Shown in pieces: positions 1 through 9,292 of a stretch of 64,000 nt of DNA. Position numbers and translations under genes: made by a program. This DNA is from an uncultured Fibrobacterota bacterium (GTDB lineage Bacteria; Fibrobacterota; Chitinivibrionia; Chitinivibrionales; FEN-1185): positions 160,001-224,000 of the forward strand of contig CAVWBU010000026.1 of the NCBI GenBank assembly GCA_963753345.1, read 5' to 3'. How positions within the stretch are numbered: position 1 is the stretch's first letter; each line of letters opens with the position of its first letter. The notes beneath the pieces are model-generated. The model did no database searches and was not told where the DNA came from. It worked only from the letters and a program-made list of their open reading frames with translations.

Positions 1-679
1 GACCGTGATCGAGCAGGTGCAGGAGCTTGGCGACCTAGGCAACAAATATTATCAGGACAGCAAGCCCTGGGAACTTTTGAAGACCGACCGCGCAGCCGCC
101 GCAAAAGTCATGGTGACCTGCCTCAACCTCATCAGGTCGATCGCGGTCTTTTTGAAACCGATCACGCCGGATATTGTAAAGAAAGTCGAAAATCTTTTCG
201 GGGCCGAACTTTCGTGGAAGGACCACGTGTTTTCGCTGAAGGCCGGGAAGCTCGGCGCAACGGAAAAGCTGGTCCAGCCTCTTGAGCCCGAGCAGCTTGA
301 AATGCTGCGAGGGGAGGCAAAGCCGGGGCCGGCTGCCGCCGAACCTGTGGAATCGGCAGTTGACATTGCGGTCTTCAAGTCGCTCGATCTGCGCGTGGGC
401 ATCGTCAAGACCGCCGAGAAGATCGAGAAGTCGCAGAAGCTCCTCAAGCTTTCCATAGACATAGGGGAACCCGCGCCGCGGCAGATTGTGGCGGGCGTCG
501 CCCTTTCGTACCCGCCCGAAACGCTTGCGGGCAAGCAGGTGGTCGTTGTGGCCAACCTGAAAACCGCAAAGGTAATGGGCGTGGAATCGCAGGGCATGCT
601 CCTCGCCGCGCTTGACAAAGGCGCGCTGTCCATGGTCCAGCCCGACAGGCCGGCGTCGCCCGGCTCGAAAGTCTCGTAG
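1..679 (+). CDS. metG: Methionyl-tRNA synthetase, C-terminal part (anticodon-binding helical domain plus tRNA-binding OB domain); 5'-truncated by the window
   Basis: N(K)YY..KPW motif, then LDLRVG...KLLKL...RQIVAG...VVANLK...ESQGMLLAA of the Trbp111-like domain. Confidence 0.93.
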   Translation, partial: TVIEQVQELGDLGNKYYQDSKPWELLKTDRAAAAKVMVTCLNLIRSIAVFLKPITPDIVKKVENLFGAELSWKDHVFSLKAGKLGATEKLVQPLEPEQLEMLRGEAKPGPAAAEPVESAVDIAVFKSLDLRVGIVKTAEKIEKSQKLLKLSIDIGEPAPRQIVAGVALSYPPETLAGKQVVVVANLKTAKVMGVESQGMLLAALDKGALSMVQPDRPASPGSKVS

Positions 680-701
680 GCCTTGCATGATGCAGCCGAC
701 C

Positions 702-2409
702 ATGAATACGGCGCGCGAAACCATCACGGTGAAGACCGCCGACGCCGGACTTGTGCGCGAGCTAAGCCGCAAGCCTCGGTATCCCGGCCGCAGCCGCGGC
801 CATCCTTGCGGTGCGCGGGTTCACCACGCCGGATGAGTGCAAACGGTTCTTTTCGCCCGGGCAGGCGCAGTTCAACGACCCGTTCCTGTTCAACGACATG
901 GAGAAGGCGTGCGACCGCGTGTGCGCGGCCATCCGCGACCGCGAGAAGATCGTCATCTACGGCGACTACGACGTCGATGGCGTCACGTCAACCGTGATCC
1001 TCATCCGCCTTCTGCGCCAGTTCGGCGCCGACTGCGAGTACTATCTTCCCAACAGATTGACGGAAGGCTACGGGCTGTCGGAGGAGGGAATCCGCGCCGT
1101 CGCGTCGCAGGGCGCCAGGCTCGTGGTATCGGTGGACTGCGGCATTACCGCATGTAAAGAAGTGGACCTCGCCAATTCGCTCGGCATCGACGTGATCGTT
1201 TCGGACCACCACGAGCCCAAGGACCTCGTGCCTGCCGCGTTCGCCCTGCTCGACCCCAAGCTCGCCTCGTGCGGCTATCCCGACGACGCGCTCGCGGGCG
1301 TGGGCGTGGCGCTCAAGCTCTGCCAGGGCCTGGCGCACCGCATCGGCTCCGCCGAGGACGTGTGGAACCGCTATCTCGACCTTGCCGCCGTCGGCACCGC
1401 CGCGGACATCGTTCCGCTCACCGGCGAAAACAGGATCATCACCTATTTGGGTTTTGGACAGCTTCCGTACACCAAGAACGAGGGACTCAGGGCGCTGCTT
1501 GCGGTGCAGGACTGCGACGGCAAAGAACTGTCGACCGGCGACGTGGTGTTCCGCATCGCGCCGTGCATCAACGCCGTGGGAAGGCTGGGCGATCCCCGGC
1601 GTAGCGTGGAGCTGCTTCTCACCGACGACCCGGCGCTCGCGTCGCTTTACGCAAAGGAACTGAGGGAGGCGAACATCGAGCGCCGTGCGCTCGACAACCA
1701 CATCCAGGAGGAGGCGTTTTCCTGGGTGGAGGAGAACTGCGACGCGGACAGCGATTTCGCCATCGTGGCCGGCTCGCGGTCGTGGCATTGCGGGGTGGTG
1801 GGGATCGTGGCGTCCAAGGTGGTGGAGCGGTACCACCGGCCGGCCATCCTGTTTGCGATAGGGGAAAACGGCATGGCGCGCGGCTCGGGCCGCAGCATTC
1901 CGGGCTTTCACCTCCATAACGCGCTCACGCGATGCGGCGACCTGCTCGAGGGGTTCGGCGGACATGCCGCGGCCGCGGGCATGACCATCCGCGAGGAGAA
2001 CCTGGGCGCGTTCCGGTCGCGGTTCAACGCCGTGGCGCGCGAAAAGCTCACGCCCTCGGATTTTATCCCGAAAGTAAACGCCGACGTGGAGGTGAAGCTT
2101 TCCGACCTCACGCCGGAGTTCTACGCCGTGCTGCGGAACATGGAGCCGTTCGGGCCGGGCAACATGCGGCCCGTGCTGGTGTGCCGCAACGTGTCGAACC
2201 GGTTCGAGCCCAGGGTGGTGGGCGGCAAACACCTCAAGATGATGGTGCAGGAGGGCCGTGCGGCGCTCGACGCCATCGCGTTCAATTTCGGCGACCGCCT
2301 CACCGAAGTGAAAGGCGCGCCGGCGTACACCGTTGCATTCTGCCTTGACGAAAACGAATGGAACGGCAAGAAGAGCCTTCAGCTCAAGGTGAAGGGGATG
2401 GAATTATGA
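702..2409 (+). CDS. recJ: ssDNA exonuclease RecJ, with an apparent +1 frameshift near 764
   Basis: YGDYDVDG, VDCG, SDHH, GSGRS and GGHAAAAG DHH/DHHA1 motifs. The N-terminus MNTARETITVKTADAGLVREL lies in another frame and joins AASLGIPAAAAAILAVRG if one A is removed at gctaagcc. Confidence 0.9.
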
Positions 2410-3779
2410 AAATGTGGGACGGCCGCTTTGCAAAGCCGACGGCAACGCTTATGGACCGCTTCAACCGCTCGCTTCCCGTGGACGCCGCGCTGTGCCGCGA
2501 AGACGCCGAGGGAAGCATGGCCTGGGCGACCGCGCTCAAAAAGGCGCGTGTGCTGTCGGGCCGCGAACACGCGGCGCTGGTGCGCGGGCTTGCGTCGCTG
2601 CTTGCCGATTGGCAAAAGGGAACCATCCGCTTCCGGCCGTCCGACGAGGACATCCACATGGCGATTGAGCGGCTGCTCGTGGAAAAAACAGGCGCCGCGG
2701 GTGAAAAACTGCACACCGGCCGCTCGCGCAACGATCAGGTTGCCACCGACACGCGGCTGTTCACCATGCGCCGCATCGACGGGATCTTCGCGCTCATCAC
2801 CGTGGTGCAGAAGGCGCTGCTCGGCCGCGCAAAGGCGGACATAAAAATCATCGCGCCCGCGTTTACGCACCTGCAGCAGGCCCAGCCCGTCATCCTATCC
2901 CACTACTGGCTGTCGCTGCTGTTCGCGCTGGAGCGTGAAAAGACAAGGTTTACAGAAGCGAGACAGTGCGCCGACCTCATGCCGCTGGGCAGCGGTGCCG
3001 TGGCAGGCAGCGGTTTTCCCGTTGACCGGCAGATGCTGGCAAAGCGGCTCGGGTTTACAAGGATTTCCGAGAACAGCATCGACGGCGTGGCCGGCCGCGA
3101 CTTCGTTTTGCAGGCGCTTGCTTGCTGCGCGTCGTGCGGCGTGCTCCTATCGCGCTACGCCGAAGACCTTATTATATGGTCGTCGCGCGAATTCGCATTT
3201 GTCGAGCTCGACGACGCGTGGTCCACGGGTTCGAGCATGATGCCGCAGAAGAAGAACCCGGACTCGCTGGAGCTTGTGCGCGGCAAGACAGGCAGGTTCG
3301 TGGGCAACCACACCCGTTTCGCAACGACCCTCAAGGGCGTGGGCCTTGCCTATTGCAAGGACCTGCAGGAAGACAAGGAGCCGCTCTTCGACAGCCTGGA
3401 ACAGCTCTCCATCGTCCTCGACGTGTTCGCGAGAGTGATTGCAACGCTCACGGTCAACAGGGCCGCCATTGCAGCCGACCTCGACCCGCTTCTGTGCGCC
3501 ACCGACCTCGCAGATTACCTTGTGTCAAAGGGCATGCCTTTCAGGCAGGCGCATAAGGTCGTGGGAAAAATCGTGGCGTGCTGCATTGACTCGGGCGCCG
3601 TGCTGTCGAAGCTCACCGTCGAACAGTTGCGGGAGTTCTCGCCGCTGTTCGGGAGGGACGCGCTGCAGGTTTTCAAATGGGAAAACGCGGTAGGCCGGAG
3701 GAGCGCAGAGGGCGGGACGTCGCCGTCAAGCGTGGCGAGGCAGATAAAACAAGCAGAGAAATTGGTCGGGAGAGGTTGA
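2406..3779 (+). CDS. argH: Argininosuccinate lyase
   Basis: MWDGRF, EDIH, HTGRSRNDQVATD, GSSMMPQKKNPD; ATGA overlap with the recJ stop. Confidence 0.96.
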   Translation: MKMWDGRFAKPTATLMDRFNRSLPVDAALCREDAEGSMAWATALKKARVLSGREHAALVRGLASLLADWQKGTIRFRPSDEDIHMAIERLLVEKTGAAGEKLHTGRSRNDQVATDTRLFTMRRIDGIFALITVVQKALLGRAKADIKIIAPAFTHLQQAQPVILSHYWLSLLFALEREKTRFTEARQCADLMPLGSGAVAGSGFPVDRQMLAKRLGFTRISENSIDGVAGRDFVLQALACCASCGVLLSRYAEDLIIWSSREFAFVELDDAWSTGSSMMPQKKNPDSLELVRGKTGRFVGNHTRFATTLKGVGLAYCKDLQEDKEPLFDSLEQLSIVLDVFARVIATLTVNRAAIAADLDPLLCATDLADYLVSKGMPFRQAHKVVGKIVACCIDSGAVLSKLTVEQLREFSPLFGRDALQVFKWENAVGRRSAEGGTSPSSVARQIKQAEKLVGRG

Positions 3780-3888
3780 CAGTTTACCGTTGACGGTTGA
3801 CAGTCAATCCTGAATCTGGAATTTGGAATATGCTGTTGATCGAAAGCATTTACTAAGAAGTTTATAAGTATGATCACATAACGTCGAT

Positions 3889-4046
3889 GTCACCCTGAGT
3901 CCTGTGCTGAGCTCGTCGAAGCATTGTCGACCGCGACTACAACCGCATACAAACCCAAGGAGCAATGGCGTCTTCGCCAACGGTCTATCGAGTGCGAGAC
4001 TGTTCGACAGAGCCTGCACTGAGCGTGTCGAAGTGCTCACCGTGAC
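3889..4046. repeat. Inverted pair of GTCACCCTGAG..GTCGAAG-type palindromic (REP-like) repeats
   Basis: gtcaccctgagtcctgtgctgagctcgtcgaagc at the left; ttcgacagagcctgcactgagcgtgtcgaagtgctcaccgtgac at the right; a degenerate related copy at about 7333-7438. Confidence 0.6.
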
Positions 4047-4104
4047 ATATTCAATGTTGTATTACTTATGAGCTGCTTAATAAGCGTCATAGAAAGGGTT
4101 CGTT

Positions 4105-5295
4105 ATGATGCGCATTGGTGAAATTACCGTCGGGACAGTGCTTGCGCTCTGCTGTGCGGTTGTCGCCCAGACCGTTTCGCTTCCGGATTCCATCTGTAAA
4201 GCAGGCACCGTGCCGGTGAAGTATTCGGGGAACATTAACCTCAACTTCACCGAAGGTCCCGCGGCCGATGCCGCCGGAGACCTGTTCTTTACCGCACCCA
4301 ATTCCTCCCAGATATGGAAGATTCCGGCGTCGGGCGCCATCCCCGCCGCGCCGTTCCTTTCCAACACCAACGGCGCGGAAGGGCTCACGTTTGACGCCCA
4401 GGACCGGCTGGTTGCGGGCCAGCACAGCATGCTAACGCGCTACAACGCCGACGGCTCGGTTGATGAGGTGCTGGCGCAGGCCACGGCCTCGATGCAGTTC
4501 GGGAACATCAACGACCTCACCATGGGGACGCAGGGCCAGATCTACTTCTCAAACTCGGGGAGCCAGGTGTTCTACCGCGATCCGACAACCGGCACGGTGT
4601 CGGTGGCGGCGACTGGGTTCGCTTATTCGAACGGGATCTTTCTGGTTGAGGAAGACTCGATGATGTACGTCGACGATAACGGGGGAACAAACCTTATTTA
4701 CAAATACCATGTCGCCGCGAACGGCGCCCTGTCGAACCGGACACAGTTCGCGACCGTCAACGTCCCCGACGGCATACGGGTCGACATCGACGGCAACGTC
4801 TACTGCGCCGCCAACGGCGACAAGACGGTGGTCGTCTTCAACAAATCGGGCGTGCTGCTGGGGAAAATCGATTTGAGTGCGGTGACCCAGTACACCACGA
4901 ACTGCGCGTTCGGCGGACCCGGCAACAAGACGCTGTATATCACCGGATCGAACGCCGTGTATGCCGTGACCATGCAGATCCCCGGCAGAAGGCTCAGCAC
5001 CATGATCACCGGCGCCGCGAGGGGAAACGCGGGGCGCGCGCCGCAGCAGGGATACAACGTAAGTGCAAGGGGGCAGACGCTATTAATGACATTGCCGTCA
5101 GGAAGCTCCGTCGGCTGTCTCGGCGTGTTCGATCTGCGCGGAAGGCTTGTGGAGGAACTTCTGCCTTTTGTCAATAATCAGGGGCAATTGACGGTTGCGT
5201 GGGACCGCGGGGCCGCCGCGCGCGGCGAGTATGTGATCCGGCCGCTTGCGGGCGGCGCGGCCGCGGCGCGGTCGCTTGCGGTTGTGGGGCGCTGA
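4105..5295 (+). CDS. Secreted SMP-30/gluconolactonase-family beta-propeller with a C-terminal sorting-like domain
   Basis: Signal peptide; FTEGP, NDL, SNGI, PDGIRVD.DGNVY, TNCAFGG motifs; C-terminal FDLRGRLV. Confidence 0.85.
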   Translation: MMRIGEITVGTVLALCCAVVAQTVSLPDSICKAGTVPVKYSGNINLNFTEGPAADAAGDLFFTAPNSSQIWKIPASGAIPAAPFLSNTNGAEGLTFDAQDRLVAGQHSMLTRYNADGSVDEVLAQATASMQFGNINDLTMGTQGQIYFSNSGSQVFYRDPTTGTVSVAATGFAYSNGIFLVEEDSMMYVDDNGGTNLIYKYHVAANGALSNRTQFATVNVPDGIRVDIDGNVYCAANGDKTVVVFNKSGVLLGKIDLSAVTQYTTNCAFGGPGNKTLYITGSNAVYAVTMQIPGRRLSTMITGAARGNAGRAPQQGYNVSARGQTLLMTLPSGSSVGCLGVFDLRGRLVEELLPFVNNQGQLTVAWDRGAAARGEYVIRPLAGGAAAARSLAVVGR

Positions 5296-5359
5296 AGCTT
5301 TACATAAACGGATTCATCCTGCTGTTCATCCGATCATAAAATCTCAAGGGGGGGGCGTC

Positions 5360-7273
5360 ATGATTTCGCGTGAAACGAAGTCCGATTCGGTCAAGGTCTG
5401 CCCGAAGACCGGCAGGCTCGTCAGGAACAAAGCTGTCTGGAAAACTCCGCTGATTGCGGTACCGGTGGCAGGGTTTGCCGCGCTCGTCTGGTTCTGTGTG
5501 AGGGTGATCCCCAAGCCGAGCCGCATCCACCATCCGTGCCAGCAGGTCGCCCTTCCGCTCGCATCGGGATTTCTTTTCTGGCTGGGCAGTCTTGCCGCCG
5601 GCGTGGCCATTTTCCGCACCAGCCTTTCCATGCTAAAAAAAAGGCGTTTCGTTGTGGGCGCGGCGTGCCTCGGCGCCGCGGTCGCCTTCCTCGGCGTGTT
5701 TGCCATCCAGTCGGCGCGGCCGAGCGAAGCAAAGGTCAGGAATGTCGCGCCCTCCTCGCTGCCGTGCGGAGTGGCCAAAGGCATTTTCCCCGGCAGGGTG
5801 GTGTGGGCGCGCAACCTCGCCGCGGCCAACGAGAACTGCACACAGGCGGCCGGCGACTACTGGTGGATGGACAAGAACACCGACTCGACTGTTGTCGAAA
5901 AGATGGTGTCGGACGACCTTCGCACGCTGACGGCAACAACGTCCGATTCCGCCGCGTGGGTCGCGCTTTTCAAGTATTTCAACAAGCAGCGCTACGGCCT
6001 GGAAAACACCGGCTACACGGCGGGAGAGAAGATCGTGGTCAAGATCAACCTGTCGAGCGCGCACGACATGACCAGAGGCGGCGGCATGACCAAGGGCGAC
6101 TGTCTTGACATGACCGACACGTCGCCCCAGATTATGCGGGCCATCCTCAAGCAGCTGATCAACGTTGTCCATGCGGCCCAGACGGACATTTACCTCGGCG
6201 ATCCTGGCAAGCCGTTCTTCGACCAGTTCTTCTCCCTTGTCCAGCCCCATTTCCCCAAGGTGAATTACATTGACGTTTGGGGAATAAGCGGGCGCATGCC
6301 CGCCACGGCCACCGCGCAGCCCGTGATTTTTTATAGCGACCGCAATCTTCCCGACGACCTGGCCGGCTTTCCGCGCCAGGCCTCCGACAAGATCCCGCAG
6401 TGTTTTGTGGATGCGCGGTATCTGATCAGCCTCGCGCCCCTCAAGGCGCACGAAAGCGCGGGCCTCACCGCGTGCGCCAAGAACCATTTCGGCTCGCAGC
6501 TCGGCCCGAACCCGTTCAACGGCGACCAGGGCGGCGCATGGCACCTGCACTACGCGTTGCCCTCCAACGGGGGAAGGCCCGGCTACGGCGTATACCGCAA
6601 CCTCGTCGACCTGATGGGGCACCAGCACCTCGGCGGCAAGACGTTGCTCTCGGTGCTCGACGCGCTGTGGTCGGGCAATACCTCGACGCCCATTGCGCCG
6701 GGAAAATGGAAATCGATGAGCAATACTTATCCGTCAAGCATTTTCATGTCGCAGGACATCGTGGCAATCGAGGCCGTGGGGCTCGATTTCCTCAAGGCGG
6801 AATACACCTCGCCGAATTACACCGATACCTGTTATTTGTATCCCACCCGTGTGGTCGGCATCGACGATTACCTCTACCAGGCGGCAGACCCTGCCAACTG
6901 GCCCGACAGCGTTGCCGGCAAGCCGTTTCCCGGATACGACCCCAATGGCGACAGCACCCTTATCGGCAGCCTCGGCACGTACGACCATTGGAACAATGCC
7001 ACCGACAAGCAGTATTCGCGGAACCTCGACCCGGTCAACGGCAAGGGCATCGAGCTGGTTACCGCCGGCGCCACGGCCGTTTCCCCCGGCTCGGTGAGGC
7101 CTGCGCAGGCGGCTCTTGCAAAAAGCAAATCCGCCGCCCTGTATTCCGTGAACGGCAGGCTGGTTGCAAAAACGCTGCCGGCTTCCGGGATGCGCCCGGG
7201 CGGTGTAGCTCCCGGCGCGTACATCGACCGGGATACAAAGGGCGAATGCCGGAAGGTCGTGCCTGTCAATTAA
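5360..7273 (+). CDS. DUF362-like domain membrane/secreted protein
   Basis: N-terminal RVIPKPSR..PCQ followed by TM segments; GIFPGRVVW, KIVVKIN, LKAH..AG.T.CAKNHFGS; C-terminal YSVNGRLV. Confidence 0.7.
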   Translation: MISRETKSDSVKVCPKTGRLVRNKAVWKTPLIAVPVAGFAALVWFCVRVIPKPSRIHHPCQQVALPLASGFLFWLGSLAAGVAIFRTSLSMLKKRRFVVGAACLGAAVAFLGVFAIQSARPSEAKVRNVAPSSLPCGVAKGIFPGRVVWARNLAAANENCTQAAGDYWWMDKNTDSTVVEKMVSDDLRTLTATTSDSAAWVALFKYFNKQRYGLENTGYTAGEKIVVKINLSSAHDMTRGGGMTKGDCLDMTDTSPQIMRAILKQLINVVHAAQTDIYLGDPGKPFFDQFFSLVQPHFPKVNYIDVWGISGRMPATATAQPVIFYSDRNLPDDLAGFPRQASDKIPQCFVDARYLISLAPLKAHESAGLTACAKNHFGSQLGPNPFNGDQGGAWHLHYALPSNGGRPGYGVYRNLVDLMGHQHLGGKTLLSVLDALWSGNTSTPIAPGKWKSMSNTYPSSIFMSQDIVAIEAVGLDFLKAEYTSPNYTDTCYLYPTRVVGIDDYLYQAADPANWPDSVAGKPFPGYDPNGDSTLIGSLGTYDHWNNATDKQYSRNLDPVNGKGIELVTAGATAVSPGSVRPAQAALAKSKSAALYSVNGRLVAKTLPASGMRPGGVAPGAYIDRDTKGECRKVVPVN

Positions 7274-7487
7274 TGAGTGCGGGGTCTGGTGATTGCACTG
7301 TATCAGATTAATGAAGAAGTCGTGTGTTTGCCGTTCATGATTCAACACCTTCGATAGACGCAGTGCAGGTGCTCGCCACGAACGTTAATGCGGTGCACAT
7401 TTCAGGGCTTTTTCGTTCGGCTGGACCTTGTCGAAGGAGAATGCTGTCCTTTCAAATGATCAGCCCAATGTCGCGGAGAATATAGGC

Positions 7488-8618
7488 ATGAAGCACATTC
7501 TTACGTACGTTCTCGTTGTCCTTCCCCTGCTGTTGGCAACGGTGACCACGGAATGCGTCAAGAAAAACACCCCTGCCGTGGTGAACCCGCCCATCGACAC
7601 GTCGTACGCCGGGCCGGTCTACGGCGACACCGTTATACTCGATTACTCGTTGCAGACCGACTCGGGTGCGGCGCTCAAGGGGTATCCCAAGCTCCAGTCA
7701 CTGCACAGCGTGTACACGGGCACGTTTGATTTTGACAACCTTGTCCGATGCCCGCTGCTGACGCACCTGTATCTTGAAGCCGACACGTTTGTCAATCTGT
7801 CCGAAATTTCCCGGCTTGCCCGGCTCACGTACCTGTACCTGAGCGGGTTCTGCGCGGACACGGGCCTTCCGGGGTTTTCCGCGCTTGTCAATCTTGACAC
7901 GCTCACGCTGTACGGGTTTCACGGCACCACCGATCTTTCGGCCCTTGCCTCCCTGCCGAACCTCGCGATCCTGAGCCTCACCGCACTTCCGATCGTCTCC
8001 CTGCCCGCCTTTACCGCGGCGAACGGAGCCGGCCTGCAGCAGGTGGTTCTGCTCAACTGCACCCGTCTCAAGGATATCACGGGCCTCAAGCAATGCTCGT
8101 ATCTCGATTCCCTGTCGATGTGGAACTGTGCCGTGGCCGGTTCGCTTATTCCGCCCCTGCCGTCGGTCCAGTACCTTACCGTGGTTGCGTGTTCAAGCGT
8201 CACATCGATACAGTTCCTGGCCCAAATGACCAACCTCGAATATCTCACCATCAACGGCCCGATTTCCGATTGGAGCCCGCTGGCCAAACTGGTGAACCTG
8301 GAGTATCTTGACATCGGCGGAATCACGGACCTTACGCCGCTTGACTCGCTGACGAAACTCAAAACGCTGAATCTGGGCGACTGGCAGCTCGGCGGCTGCC
8401 CCGCGGTGAGCGACATCTCCACCATTGCGAACCTTTCCAATATTTCCTACCTGAGCATCAAGAACACCGCGGTGACCAATTTCACGCCGCTGCTCACCAT
8501 CATGAACGCGGGCGATACCGTGTGGGTGACCTGGGGAGACGTGGACACCGTGGCCAGCCTGCTTGCGGCCGACAGCATCGACGCCGTGACCAGCGCGTCG
8601 ATGCCGTGGACGCAGTAG
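7488..8618 (+). CDS. Exported leucine-rich-repeat (internalin-like) protein
   Basis: Signal peptide and repeated L..L..L..L.L units (e.g. LAQMTNLEYLTI, LAKLVNLEYLDI). Confidence 0.8.
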   Translation: MKHILTYVLVVLPLLLATVTTECVKKNTPAVVNPPIDTSYAGPVYGDTVILDYSLQTDSGAALKGYPKLQSLHSVYTGTFDFDNLVRCPLLTHLYLEADTFVNLSEISRLARLTYLYLSGFCADTGLPGFSALVNLDTLTLYGFHGTTDLSALASLPNLAILSLTALPIVSLPAFTAANGAGLQQVVLLNCTRLKDITGLKQCSYLDSLSMWNCAVAGSLIPPLPSVQYLTVVACSSVTSIQFLAQMTNLEYLTINGPISDWSPLAKLVNLEYLDIGGITDLTPLDSLTKLKTLNLGDWQLGGCPAVSDISTIANLSNISYLSIKNTAVTNFTPLLTIMNAGDTVWVTWGDVDTVASLLAADSIDAVTSASMPWTQ

Positions 8619-8715
8619 GGGGACCTCACCCCTCCGTCTCCCCTCTCCGCTAGGAGAGGGGAGGGAAATCACTTGGCCCGCAATTCTTTTGCTGTGTGAT
8701 TATGGTAATCCGCCT

Positions 8716-8988
8716 ATGAAAACAAGAAATGAAGTCTGCGAACAGATCGGCTTCTGGAAGGGCGAGCAGTGCGAGTATTGCGGCGGCGACATACGGGAAC
8801 GCCGCGTTGAGTTGTACCGCCACAAGAAGAACGGTCGTTACTTGTTTGAGAATGTGCCTGCCGGTGTCTGCGCCCAATGCGGGGCGCATTATTACTCCGC
8901 GAATGTTCTCAAGATGCTTGATCGGTTAACGAGTGCGAGGAAACCGCAGGGAGCAACGGTGAAGATTCCGGTGCTTCATTTCGCGTAG
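8716..8988 (+). CDS. YgiT/MqsA-type zinc-finger protein (antitoxin-like)
   Basis: CEYCGG...ENVPAGVCAQCGAHYYS motif. Confidence 0.8.
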   Translation: MKTRNEVCEQIGFWKGEQCEYCGGDIRERRVELYRHKKNGRYLFENVPAGVCAQCGAHYYSANVLKMLDRLTSARKPQGATVKIPVLHFA

Positions 8989-9071
8989 ATCAAGGCGCTA
9001 TCCCGAGTCGGGGCGGTCCATATAATGGGTTTGTGTGATGATCCTGCCTGTCTCAAAAGCTGGACCGGCCG

Positions 9072-9271
9072 TCACTCTATGGCCTTTGCAAGGGACTTGT
9101 CGGTTTTTATCAACTCATTCACCACGGAACTAAGATCTTTTTTCTTCTTCTTTGCGGTTTTTTCCACAAAAGAAAGATTGCCCGAGTCCAGATAGATGGG
9201 GAGTTTCAGGGTGACGCCCCTGCGGTAGAATTTACCGCGAGTCCCTTTTGAAAATTATTTTCCTTTTTCAT
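9072..9271 (-). pseudogene. BrnA-like antitoxin of about 66 aa with a 1-nt deletion near 9252 (absent from the ORF track)
   Basis: Restoring one base gives MKKENNFSKGTRGKFYRRGVTLKLPIYLDSGNLSFVEKTAKKKKKDLSSVVNELIK...; 200 nt observed versus 201 needed. Confidence 0.65.
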
Positions 9272-9292
9272 GCTTCCAGAAAAGGTTCGTCT

